The notes beneath the pieces are model-generated. The model was not told the origin of the DNA. It worked only from the letters and a program-made list of their open reading frames with translations, and made no database searches. A program made the translations under genes and the position numbers. Below are positions 20,485 through 29,968 of a stretch of DNA of 64,000 nt, piece after piece; position 1 is the first letter of the stretch, and each line of letters opens with the position of its first letter. The stretch comes from Gemmatimonadales bacterium (GTDB lineage: Bacteria > Gemmatimonadota > Gemmatimonadetes > Gemmatimonadales > GWC2-71-9), in the NCBI GenBank assembly GCA_041615815.1, contig JBFJCP010000001.1, positions 204,337 through 268,336 on the forward strand, in the 5' to 3' direction.

Positions 20485-20769
20485 ATGTCCGATAATGCGT
20501 TGGGGCTCATTGAAACGCGCGGCCTCGTAGGGTCGATCGAGGCGGCTGACGCCATGGTCAAAGCCGCCCCCGTCCGGCTGGTCGGGAAGGAGAAGGTCGG
20601 CGGCGGTTATGTGACCGTCATGGTTCGTGGCGACGTCGGGGCCGTCAAAGCCGCCACCGACGCCGGCGCGGCCGCCGCGGACCGAGTGGGGGAACTGGTC
20701 TCCGTCCACGTCATCCCGCGGCCGCATCAAGAGATCGAGCTGATCCTACCGCAGCGCGACGAGGGTTAA
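20485..20769 (+). CDS. BMC-H shell protein (PduA/EutM-like)
   Basis: [49 protein letters not shown]. Confidence 0.96.
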   Translation: MSDNALGLIETRGLVGSIEAADAMVKAAPVRLVGKEKVGGGYVTVMVRGDVGAVKAATDAGAAAADRVGELVSVHVIPRPHQEIELILPQRDEG

Positions 20770-20772
20770 CTC

Positions 20773-21258
20773 GTGGCCTGGTCGGGCCGGGCCCTCGGGC
20801 TGATCGAGACGCGGGGATTAGTCGGCGCGCTCGAAGCCGCGGATGCGGGAGTGAAGGCCGCTGACGTCGAGCTGGTGGGAGTAGAGTATGCCGACGCGGG
20901 GCTGATCACGGTGCATTTCCAGGGTGACGTAGCCGCGGCGAAAGCGGCGGTGGATGCCGGTGCTGCCGCCGCCGAGCGGGTGGGTCAGCTCGTCTCGGTC
21001 CACGTAATCCCGCAGCCGGATCCCGGCATCGACGTCATTGCCGATGAGGTGCACGGCGCCAACACCGCCGATATAGGCACGGGGAGTGGGGGAAGCTCCA
21101 GTGTGGTCCCGGACCCCGCCCGGCTGCGCTCCATGAAAGTCGTGGAGCTCCGGCGCGCCGCGCGGCGCGTGAAACACTTCCCGATCCAAGGCCGCGCCCT
21201 CGCCAGGGCAAGCCGGGAAGAGATTCTCCAGGGCTTCGAGAGCCTGGGGATGTTGTGA
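20773..21258 (+). CDS. BMC-H shell protein with C-terminal helical extension
   Basis: ALGLIETRG...AADAGVKAA...GDVAA...HVIPQP, then linker and LRSMKVVELRRAAR domain. Confidence 0.92.
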   Translation: MAWSGRALGLIETRGLVGALEAADAGVKAADVELVGVEYADAGLITVHFQGDVAAAKAAVDAGAAAAERVGQLVSVHVIPQPDPGIDVIADEVHGANTADIGTGSGGSSSVVPDPARLRSMKVVELRRAARRVKHFPIQGRALARASREEILQGFESLGML

Positions 21259-21358
21259 GGGAGATGCGTCATCCCCCTGCCGTCACCGCCGCTCCTGCCC
21301 CTATCCATGCGGCAGCGGCGGCGGCTGAGTCCCTCGCCGGTCCACTCCCCGCCTAGCC

Positions 21359-22873
21359 ATGGACCGCGATCTCCAATCCATCCAAGAAGCACGCGATCTC
21401 GTGGCTCGTGGGCACATGGCGGCGGAGGCGTTCAAACGGGCCTCGCAAGATCAAGTCGATCGGATCGTCGCCGCGATGGGGGTTGCCACGGAACGCGAAG
21501 CCGAACGTCTCGCGCGACTGGCGGTGGATGAAACTCGGATGGGGCGGTATGAAGACAAGATTGTCAAGAATCGCTTCAGCGCCGTCGATGTTCGAAACTA
21601 CATCCTGCCGCTCAAGACGTGTGGCATCATTCGCGAAGTCTCCGATGTTCGCGTGCGTGAGCTAGCCGTTCCCATGGGCGTCGTGGCGGCGCTCATTCCC
21701 ACCACCAATCCCACGTCGACTGCCATCTACAAGGCGTTGATCGCCGTCAAGGCGCGAAACGCCATCGTGATGTCGCCGCACCCGCGCGCCACCGATTGTG
21801 TCGTGGAGACCGCGCGGATCATGCAGGAAGCAGCCAGTGCCGCGGGGGCTCCCGAGAATCTCGTACAGTCGATGGCCACGCCGACCGTCGAAGGAACCAA
21901 CGAGCTCATGCGGCATCGCCGAACGGCCGTCATCCTCGCCACCGGCGGCTACGCGATGGTGCGGGCAGCCTACAGCTCGGGAAAACCCGCCTACGGGGTC
22001 GGGCCCGGCAACGTGCCGGCCATCGTCGAGCGCACGGCGGACGTCCCCAAAGCCGTGGCCGATATCGTGGCCGGCAAGAACTTCGACTACGGCTTGCTGT
22101 GTTCGGCGGAGAATTCGTTGATATGCGATCGCCCCGTCGAGAGCCAAGTCCGGGCGGAGTTGCGACGCCAACGCGCCGTGTTCGTGGCGGGTGCGGATCG
22201 CGAGCGACTCCAACGCGTCATGCAAGACCGCAAAACTGGGGGCATCAACACTGCTATCGTTGGGCTGCCAGCCACCGAGATTGCGCAGCGCGCGGGCCTC
22301 GGCGTGCCGGGCGACACGCGCATCTTGGTGGTCGAGTGTACCACGGTCGGACCAGAGGAGCTGTTTTCGCGCGAAAAGCTCTCGCCGGTGTTGGCGTTCT
22401 ATGTTGAGGATGGGTGGGAGCGCTGCTGCGAGCGCAGCATCGAGCTGCTGAATTTTGGCGGGGTAGGGCACTCGCTCGTCATCCATAGCCGCGACGAGCA
22501 CGTCATCCAGCGGTTCTTCGAAGAGAAACCGGCGTTTCGTATTCTCGTCAATACGGTGGCGGCGGTGGGCGCGGTCGGCTACACAACTGGGCTCGCGCCG
22601 GCGATGACCCTAGGCCCTGGAACCTGGGGCGGATCGTCCACCAGCGACAACATCACGCCGCTGCATCTGGTCAACGTGAAACGGTTGGCGTACGAGACGA
22701 GACCGTACACGGCCGTGGATGCGGTGCCCTTGGCGGATCGGCCGATCGGCAAATCGACCGCGCATCGCCAAACCGCCGACCCACATGGCCGTTCGGCCAC
22801 CGATCCGTCTTCCGAGATCTCCGCAGCCGTTGAGGCATTTCTCGCCGAACGACGCGCCGGGAGACGCGTATGA
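21359..22873 (+). CDS. Acylating aldehyde dehydrogenase (EutE/PduP class), BMC-associated
   Basis: PTTNPTST, ILATGG, GVGPGNVP, LLCSAE catalytic Cys, REKLSPVL, LGPGTWGG. Confidence 0.93.
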   Translation: MDRDLQSIQEARDLVARGHMAAEAFKRASQDQVDRIVAAMGVATEREAERLARLAVDETRMGRYEDKIVKNRFSAVDVRNYILPLKTCGIIREVSDVRVRELAVPMGVVAALIPTTNPTSTAIYKALIAVKARNAIVMSPHPRATDCVVETARIMQEAASAAGAPENLVQSMATPTVEGTNELMRHRRTAVILATGGYAMVRAAYSSGKPAYGVGPGNVPAIVERTADVPKAVADIVAGKNFDYGLLCSAENSLICDRPVESQVRAELRRQRAVFVAGADRERLQRVMQDRKTGGINTAIVGLPATEIAQRAGLGVPGDTRILVVECTTVGPEELFSREKLSPVLAFYVEDGWERCCERSIELLNFGGVGHSLVIHSRDEHVIQRFFEEKPAFRILVNTVAAVGAVGYTTGLAPAMTLGPGTWGGSSTSDNITPLHLVNVKRLAYETRPYTAVDAVPLADRPIGKSTAHRQTADPHGRSATDPSSEISAAVEAFLAERRAGRRV

Positions 22874-23946
22874 CTCCCGAGGAGATGCGCACCCTCGCCC
22901 GGCGAATCGCCGAGAAGCTCCAATCGGCCACAGGATCCGAGACTCCCAGCTCCCCCGCCGCTTGGGTACCGTCTCCGATGCGTCCGGCACCCCCGGGGCC
23001 CCCCACCCCCGGCCAGCTTCCGCCGTGGGCGGCTGCCGCCCAATCGCTCAGCGATGTCGCGCCGATTCCGGGACGCAGGACGAACTCGGGCCGGCACCGG
23101 CCAGCGTACGACGCCATCACCGCCGCCTGGCGGGGCGCTGCCGCCGGACGGGCACCGGCACCCCTTCCCGGGGGGCGGGCGACCGCGGCTGAGCGTGCGG
23201 CGGCCGGACGGACGGTCCCTATCGGGATCTCCAATCGACACATCCACATCACCCAGCAGGATTTCGAAACCCTGTTCGGCGCCGGGAAACGTCCGCAGCC
23301 CGATCGCCCCATCACGCAGCCCGGGCAGTTCGCGGCGAGGGAACGCGCCCGCGTCGTTGGTCCCACGGGCGCCGTCGAGGGTATCCGCATCGTTGGACCC
23401 ACACGTCAGGCAACGCAGGTCGAGCTCTCGATGAGCGACTGCCGGGGTATCGGGCTGGACGCCCCCATCCGGCCGTCCGGCCATATCGCCGGGAGTGCCG
23501 CCGTGCGCCTCGAGGGACCCGCCGGATCGGTCGATCTCGCCGAGGGTGCCATTGTCGCTGCGCGGCACGTGCACGTGGCGCCAACCGACGCCGCGCGGCT
23601 CGGACTTGCCGACGGTGACCGGATTACCCTCGCCGTGGGCAGGGGAGATCGGCATACGACACTCCATGATGTGCTCGTGCGCTCGGGGGAGACCCACGCG
23701 ACCGAGTTGCATCTGGACACGGATGAAGCGAGCGCGTTAGGGGTCCAAACGGGTGACCGTGCCGTGATCGTGGGCAAGGCAAGTCCCAAACGGAGCAGCG
23801 GACGCGGACCGCGTCCGCTGCTCACCGAACGAGACGTCGCGAGACTGGCCGCTTCGGGCGAGAAACTGGGACCGGCCAGTACCTACTTGGTGACCCCAGC
23901 CGCTCGTGACCGCGCCAAGGCGCTTGGCATCTGGATGGATCGATAG
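22870..23946 (+). CDS. pduL: PduL phosphotransacylase with N- and C-terminal extensions
   Basis: SNRHIH, QPGQFAA, QVELS, AARHVH, ELHLDTDEA. Confidence 0.92.
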   Translation: MTPEEMRTLARRIAEKLQSATGSETPSSPAAWVPSPMRPAPPGPPTPGQLPPWAAAAQSLSDVAPIPGRRTNSGRHRPAYDAITAAWRGAAAGRAPAPLPGGRATAAERAAAGRTVPIGISNRHIHITQQDFETLFGAGKRPQPDRPITQPGQFAARERARVVGPTGAVEGIRIVGPTRQATQVELSMSDCRGIGLDAPIRPSGHIAGSAAVRLEGPAGSVDLAEGAIVAARHVHVAPTDAARLGLADGDRITLAVGRGDRHTTLHDVLVRSGETHATELHLDTDEASALGVQTGDRAVIVGKASPKRSSGRGPRPLLTERDVARLAASGEKLGPASTYLVTPAARDRAKALGIWMDR

Positions 23947-23947
23947 C

Positions 23948-24415
23948 GTGGCGCGAGTCGAGGATCCCGCGGCGCCTTCCACCCCTTTGGCCGGTTCTAC
24001 CATCACAACGTTCGAACTCCGCGTCCGCTACGCTGAAACAGACCAAATGGGCATTGCCCATCATGCGAACTACCTCATCTGGTGCGAGGCCGCCCGGACC
24101 GACCACATGCGCCACCGGGGCGTGAGCTATCGGGCGCTCGAGGAACGCGGCATCCGACTACCCGTCGTGGATGCGCAACTCCGCTATCGAGCCGCTGCAC
24201 GCTACGACGATCTGGTTCGGGTGCGGTGCTGGGTGCGCGAAGCATCCAGCCGCCGCGTGACCTTCGGCTACGCCATCGAATGCGCCGCCGACGATCGGTT
24301 GCTTGCCACCGCCAGCACCGCCTTGATCGCGGTAGATTCGAAGCATGTTGTCACCCGCCTGCCCGGCGAAGTTCGCGATCGGCTCGTTCCCGTTCCCGAT
24401 CCGGTTCGCGTGTAG
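23948..24415 (+). CDS. Acyl-CoA thioesterase (YbgC/4HBT family)
   Basis: RVRYAETDQMGIAHHANYLIWCEAAR. Confidence 0.92.
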   Translation: MARVEDPAAPSTPLAGSTITTFELRVRYAETDQMGIAHHANYLIWCEAARTDHMRHRGVSYRALEERGIRLPVVDAQLRYRAAARYDDLVRVRCWVREASSRRVTFGYAIECAADDRLLATASTALIAVDSKHVVTRLPGEVRDRLVPVPDPVRV

Positions 24416-26426
24416 CCTCCTCCTGCTCGCGAGCGCCGCGCCCACGGCTACCGCCCAAGACGCGGCGGTGGTGGACGCGGTGGCAGCGATCCTCGCGACC
24501 GAGGACGCCCGCCGGTACGATCGCGTCGTACTCGAACAGGGCGCACGACACGAAGCCCCTGTCATTCGGCGCCGCGCGGTCCTCGCCATGGCCCGTATCG
24601 GTGACCGCCTTGCCGTCCCGACCCTCTTGACCCTCCTCGCGGATCCGGACAGCACGATCCGTCAAGACGCCGCGTTTGCACTGGGCCAGCTCGCTGATCC
24701 GGCCGCGGTTGCGCGCTTGCGGGAACTAGTGCTGGCCACTCCCACCCCCGATCATACACAGCTGCACGCGGAAGCCGTGTCCGCGCTCGTGCGGATTGGG
24801 GGTTCCGACGCGGCCAACATTCTGAGTGAGCTCATGACACGCTCTGGCACGGCAGGGTCGGCGAGCCCGCTCGCTCCGTCGCTCACTCGCGCGCGGCGCG
24901 AGGCGTGGCGCCTCCACTCCCACGCCCCCATCGCGATTCTCACCCAAATGGCGCAATCGGCCCTCCCCACCGTGCGGCACGCCGCCGTGTATTCGCTGGC
25001 CAGGCTGCGTCATCCGCAATCGTTACCAGTGCTGGTTCGAGCCACCGACGATCCCGATCCGGCCATCCGCGCGCTCGCGGCTCGCGCCCTCGTCAAGCGC
25101 ACAGCCGACTCCGCGGGTCAGGATCCCCGTGACCTCGCCGAGCGCGTCCGCAGGCTGGTGGACGATCCGGACCCCACCGTCAGGATCCAAGCACTCCGCG
25201 CGCTGGCGACGTACGAGAGTCCGCAATTCGGCCGCACCGCGCAGGACGCCACCGCTGACGCCAACCTGCACGTCCGCCTGCAGGCGCTGGCGACCGTCGG
25301 CGTCTTGGGCGGGCCGGACGCCGCTCGCGTGGCACGCGAGTACACGCAAGCCGGTCCGTTCGCGCTCCGGTATCGAGCCCTGCTCAGCCTGGCGCAACTC
25401 GATGGTCGGGAGGGGCGCGAGCGTGCCCTCACGTGGGTGCGGGACCCGGCCTGGTTTCGCCGAGCGGCGGCGGCCGAAGCGTTGGGATTGGCTGGTGGAG
25501 ATACCGCGTTACTGTGGCTCGAGCGACTCGTCGAGGACCCGGACGGCCGCGTGGCGGCCCAGGCGTTCGCAGTCCTGCGGCAGGCAGACGCCACCCGGGC
25601 CTCGTCGCTCGCGCGTGCAATGCTAGTCCACCCCGATCCCGTCGTCCGCACGTTCGCAGCCGAGCACCTCGCCTCCGACCCCAACCGGTCCGATGTCGAT
25701 CGCCTGGTGGACGCGTATGGCCGGGCGCGCGACGATACAATCCCTGACGCGAGGATGGCCGCCGTCGCGGCACTGGGGTCCATCGCAGCCGAGGGACTCG
25801 CGGCACGCGTGGCCGTCCAGGAAGCGCTGTTTGGCCGATTCCCACGCAGCGACGATTACCTGGTGCGACGCGTTGCGGCGGAAGCCATACCCGATGCGGA
25901 AAGCCGCTGGGGACCCGTTGCCCCGATGGCGACGGGGCGGGAGATCGGCGACTATCGGGAGATCGCCCGCCGGCTCGTGCTGCCGGCTGCGCGGGGAGAA
26001 CCGCTCCCAACGGTGACGGTCGAAACGGAGCGAGGCCGCCTCGTCATCGAGCTCTTTGCCCACGAGGCACCGATGACCGTCAATGCCATCCTGCGGCTCG
26101 TTGACCGTCGATTCTACGACGGGCTCACGGTGCATCGCCTCGTTCCGGGTTTCGTGCTGCAAACGGGCGATCCCAGAGGCGACGGGTGGGGCGGACCGGG
26201 CTTCACGCTCCGAGACGAGGTGAGTCGCCGGCCGTACGAGCGCGCAACGGTCGGGATGGCGCTGTTCGGTCCCGACACCGGCGGCAGCCAGTTCTTCGTG
26301 ACCCTCGTGGAACAGCCGCATTTGGAGCGGACCTACCCCGTGGTCGGTCGCGTCGTCGACGGCGTAGACGTGCTGGAACGCATCCTCCCAGGAGATCGCA
26401 TTCGGACCGTGCGGAGGGGACGATGA
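24345..26426 (+). CDS. HEAT-repeat protein fused to a cyclophilin-type PPIase
   Basis: Many DPDxxVR HEAT repeats; C-terminal FYDGLTVHRLVPGFVLQTGDP and DTGGSQFF; start uncertain. Confidence 0.88.
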   Translation: MLSPACPAKFAIGSFPFPIRFACSLLLLASAAPTATAQDAAVVDAVAAILATEDARRYDRVVLEQGARHEAPVIRRRAVLAMARIGDRLAVPTLLTLLADPDSTIRQDAAFALGQLADPAAVARLRELVLATPTPDHTQLHAEAVSALVRIGGSDAANILSELMTRSGTAGSASPLAPSLTRARREAWRLHSHAPIAILTQMAQSALPTVRHAAVYSLARLRHPQSLPVLVRATDDPDPAIRALAARALVKRTADSAGQDPRDLAERVRRLVDDPDPTVRIQALRALATYESPQFGRTAQDATADANLHVRLQALATVGVLGGPDAARVAREYTQAGPFALRYRALLSLAQLDGREGRERALTWVRDPAWFRRAAAAEALGLAGGDTALLWLERLVEDPDGRVAAQAFAVLRQADATRASSLARAMLVHPDPVVRTFAAEHLASDPNRSDVDRLVDAYGRARDDTIPDARMAAVAALGSIAAEGLAARVAVQEALFGRFPRSDDYLVRRVAAEAIPDAESRWGPVAPMATGREIGDYREIARRLVLPAARGEPLPTVTVETERGRLVIELFAHEAPMTVNAILRLVDRRFYDGLTVHRLVPGFVLQTGDPRGDGWGGPGFTLRDEVSRRPYERATVGMALFGPDTGGSQFFVTLVEQPHLERTYPVVGRVVDGVDVLERILPGDRIRTVRRGR

Positions 26427-29254
26427 GACGCCGGTGGATTGCGCTGCCCGGGTGCTGCCTGTGGCTCACCTTCGCCGCGCCCCCGGCCCGGGCGCAAATC
26501 GACTATTTCGGACAGAACAAGGTGCACTACCGCAACTTCCAGTGGCGGGTCCTGCGGGGTGCACATGTGGATTTGTATTACTACGCCGAGGAGTCCGAGC
26601 TCGCGCGCGCGGCGTTGGAAGCCGCCGAACGCACCGTTCGAGAGCTCGAATGGAAGTTCGGACACACGCCGACCGCTCGGATCCCGCTCATCGTGTACGC
26701 GTCTCATGCCCATTTCGAGCAGACCAACCTCGTGCCATTCGTCCCGCCCGAGGGGCTGCTGGGCGTCACTGAGTTCTTACGGCGGCGGGTCACGCTCCCA
26801 TTCAACGGGAACTACGCCCAGTTCCGGCACACGCTGCAGCACGAACTCGTTCACGCCTTTCAGCTGAGTCTCCTTGCCGAGACGTATCGGCGGCACCCCA
26901 GGGGGCGGCGACCCCGTATTCCCCTCTGGTGGAGCGAGGGGCTCGCCGAGCTGTGGTCTGGTGGTGAGGACACCCGAGACGACATGCTGCTCAGAGAGCT
27001 CACGATCGCGGGGCGCCTCCCAACGCTCGAGCAGTTGACCTACACCGTGAGCGGGGTGGTGTATCCCTTGGGAGGCGCCATTCACCGGTGGCTGGCCGAG
27101 CGCTTCGGTGAATGGCGGGTGGCGGTCTTCTATCGGGACCTGTGGAAATACCGGACGTTTGCCGAGGCATTGGAGGACGTCTATGGGGTGCCGCTCGACG
27201 AGATCGAGAACGCGCTTCGCTACGACTTCCGACGCCGGTATTTCCCAACGGTCACCGAGCGACGTCCATTGGACGTGAGCGCCGAACGTCTCGTCGAGCG
27301 CGGGAGTCGTCCCGTCGCCTATGGACTCGCCGGCGACTCAACAACGCGCATTCTGTTCCTATCGGGTCGTACTGGCGCGGTCACCATCTACTCGACGCCG
27401 CGGGACCCATCTGATCGGCCCAACGTGGTGCTCCGCGGTGAGCGCTCGGCCGAGTTCGAGTCGCTCCATCCCCTTGCCTCTCGGTTGGACGTCCGCGGGG
27501 GTGTAGCCGTCTTCTCCAGCAAATACCACGAGCGGGACGCGTTGTTTTTTTGGGATCTCGCGCAGGAACGCGTCGTCGGACGCTACCAGTTCCCCGAGCT
27601 GGTGTCGATACGCTCCCCCTCGTGGGCGCCGGACGGTGAAAGCGTCGTCATGAGCGGACTTTCCCGCGCCGGGTACGCGGACCTCTACCGGGTCCAGCTG
27701 CCCCATGGTCACCTCGAGCGCTTGACCGCGGACCGATACGACGATCGCGATCCCAGTATCAGCCCAGACGGCACGACGGTAGTGTTCGCGTCCGATCGGA
27801 CGCTTTTTGGATCCGGCGGCGCGTTGAATCTCTGCCTCCTGGACCTCGCGTCCCGGACGGTGCGGCCCCTCACGTTCGGACCGTGGCGCGACGAAAGCCC
27901 GCGGTGGGGAGACAACGGTCGTATCTACTTCACGTCCGATCGTGCGGGCGTGTTCGATATCTACTCCGTCGACTCGGTCGGAATGGGACGTCGAGAAACG
28001 GTGACATTGACCGGAGCATTCGACCCCCAGTGGCTGTCCGACACACAGGAGCTGCTGTTCTCTGGCTGGGCGGGCTCGTCGTTCCACGTGTACCGGTCCC
28101 GCGCCGATGCTGTGCCCTCTGCCCCGACATTCGAACTGCCCGATTCGGCCCGCTTAGGCTGGGCATGGCCGGAGCTGACGCAGCCCCTGGCGTTTGAGCT
28201 GGAGCCGGTGCCATACGAGCGCCGCCTCAGTTTGGACGTCGTCGCGGGGGATGCACTCGTGGCGCCGGGTCTCGGCACGGCCCAAGGAGCGCTCTTTCTG
28301 TTTTCGGATCTCCTGGGCGATCACCTCGCGCTGGTGAGTGCCACGACGTTTCAGGGAGAAGGGTTTGGAGGGTTGATCGACAACCTCAACGGGCAAGTGT
28401 TCTACCTCAACCAGAAGCGCCGACTCAATTGGGGTGCAGGTGCTTTCCGTCTGCGGGGCCTGTTTCTCGAAGGCGATCTCAGCACGGTGTACGAGGAGAC
28501 CGCCTGGGGCGGGTTTGGCGTCGTCCGCTGGCCGTTTTCGCGCTACGAGCGGATCGAGGGACAGCTCCGCTTTGAGCGCTCCGATCGGTTCGATCGCCTG
28601 TCGAATGATGTGGGGGAGGAGCGCCGGGTGGGCTGGCTCGCGTCCAATTTCCTGAGTTATGTGTCCGACAATTCCCTGTGGGTTCCCACGGGACCGATCG
28701 ACGGTCATCGCATCAATCTGACAGCGGGTGTCACCAACGACCTTACGAACGGTCGTTTCGATGCCTGGACCCTTTCCATCGATCATCGGCGATATCTGCG
28801 GCTCGGCGTCCGGTCTGCCTTTGCACTCCGCACGTTCGGCTATGTGACGGGGGGAGCGCATCCGCGCCGTATCTCGATCGGGGGAACGTGGGGCCTCCGC
28901 GGGTACCCGCGCATCGGACGCATCACGGGAACGCGCGCATTCTTGATCAACAATGAGGTACGATTTCCTCTCACCGACTTTCTCGCGATCCGGTTTCCGA
29001 TCGGTGAGCTCCGGCTTCCCGGGATGGAAGGGGCACTGTTCGCCGATCTCGGTGGCGCGTGGACTGACGCCTCCACCGATCGCGGGGCGCTCGGCAGCGC
29101 CGGGCTCGGCGTGCGCATGCCCATTGGTTTTCCGCTCGTGTTGCGACTCGATGTCGGCTGGCGTTTTGCACTGGGCGAAACGCGCGGGTATGGGCTAGCT
29201 TCGAACGCGATCGGGGGTAGATTCGTAGACTTCTTTTTTGGATTTAACTACTGA
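26423..29254 (+). CDS. Gluzincin-like peptidase / PD40 propeller / Omp85 barrel fusion
   Basis: FGQNKV, HELVH...WWSEGLAE, PSWAPDG/PSISPDG repeats, LRGY, terminal FFFGFNY. Confidence 0.85.
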   Translation: MRRRWIALPGCCLWLTFAAPPARAQIDYFGQNKVHYRNFQWRVLRGAHVDLYYYAEESELARAALEAAERTVRELEWKFGHTPTARIPLIVYASHAHFEQTNLVPFVPPEGLLGVTEFLRRRVTLPFNGNYAQFRHTLQHELVHAFQLSLLAETYRRHPRGRRPRIPLWWSEGLAELWSGGEDTRDDMLLRELTIAGRLPTLEQLTYTVSGVVYPLGGAIHRWLAERFGEWRVAVFYRDLWKYRTFAEALEDVYGVPLDEIENALRYDFRRRYFPTVTERRPLDVSAERLVERGSRPVAYGLAGDSTTRILFLSGRTGAVTIYSTPRDPSDRPNVVLRGERSAEFESLHPLASRLDVRGGVAVFSSKYHERDALFFWDLAQERVVGRYQFPELVSIRSPSWAPDGESVVMSGLSRAGYADLYRVQLPHGHLERLTADRYDDRDPSISPDGTTVVFASDRTLFGSGGALNLCLLDLASRTVRPLTFGPWRDESPRWGDNGRIYFTSDRAGVFDIYSVDSVGMGRRETVTLTGAFDPQWLSDTQELLFSGWAGSSFHVYRSRADAVPSAPTFELPDSARLGWAWPELTQPLAFELEPVPYERRLSLDVVAGDALVAPGLGTAQGALFLFSDLLGDHLALVSATTFQGEGFGGLIDNLNGQVFYLNQKRRLNWGAGAFRLRGLFLEGDLSTVYEETAWGGFGVVRWPFSRYERIEGQLRFERSDRFDRLSNDVGEERRVGWLASNFLSYVSDNSLWVPTGPIDGHRINLTAGVTNDLTNGRFDAWTLSIDHRRYLRLGVRSAFALRTFGYVTGGAHPRRISIGGTWGLRGYPRIGRITGTRAFLINNEVRFPLTDFLAIRFPIGELRLPGMEGALFADLGGAWTDASTDRGALGSAGLGVRMPIGFPLVLRLDVGWRFALGETRGYGLASNAIGGRFVDFFFGFNY

Positions 29255-29967
29255 TGAGACAACGGTTTGCGCTTGACCGCATCGTCCGAGCCCCGTATGT
29301 TCTCGTGCTCGGAGCCCTCCTCGTGGCTGGGCTCGGCTGTCGGGCCGGGGTGTCGCCCATCGCCCCAGTGGACATGCCGGTGCTGGCGCGAGAGGTCGCC
29401 GTCGCCTGGGTCGACTCGCTGGTCCCGGCGGCGCCGATGCGATTCGACGTACGGTGGACCGTGGAAACCCAAAAAGGACATGTGCGGGGCCGGGCGTCCG
29501 CACGGGTCGTGCCCCCCGACTCGCTCCGGTTCGATTACCGGGCACCCTTCGGGCGGTCCGGGGCAGCCGTCCTGATCGGGGACTCACTCGTGTGGGCGAA
29601 GCCCGAGGACCGCAACCCCGTGCCGCCGGCCCCGCTGTTTTGGGCGGCGCTGGGAATCGCGCTCCACCCGCCGGCCGGCGGGGCCATCACCGGTCGAGCC
29701 CTGACGACCGAGCGGGCGTGGCGCTACGCACATGGACCGGACACGTTGACCTACGTCGTGGCGCTTTCGGGGAGCCGTCGCCTTCGTGCTTTGTTCCGCC
29801 GAGAGGGGGAAGTGGTTGGCACCGTGGAAACGGCATTCGAAGACGGGGCGCCCATTCCCAAGGACGCCAAGGTGGTGTTTCCCAGCTCTGGTGCGCTCTT
29901 TCTCATGACGATCCAAACCGTCGAGTCGCTCACGTCGGTGGATTCCACTATCTGGGCGGAACCGTAA
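29254..29967 (+). CDS. Lipoprotein, possible LolA/LolB-like fold
   Basis: Lipobox-like GLGC; PDSLRFDYRAPFG; beta-rich. Confidence 0.55.
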   Translation: MRQRFALDRIVRAPYVLVLGALLVAGLGCRAGVSPIAPVDMPVLAREVAVAWVDSLVPAAPMRFDVRWTVETQKGHVRGRASARVVPPDSLRFDYRAPFGRSGAAVLIGDSLVWAKPEDRNPVPPAPLFWAALGIALHPPAGGAITGRALTTERAWRYAHGPDTLTYVVALSGSRRLRALFRREGEVVGTVETAFEDGAPIPKDAKVVFPSSGALFLMTIQTVESLTSVDSTIWAEP

Positions 29968-29968
29968 G

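Noticed and set aside
23948..24415. Thioesterase as BMC cargo
   Set aside because: Adjacent to pduL but an ordinary YbgC-type protein with no clear targeting helix; equally linked to the downstream envelope genes
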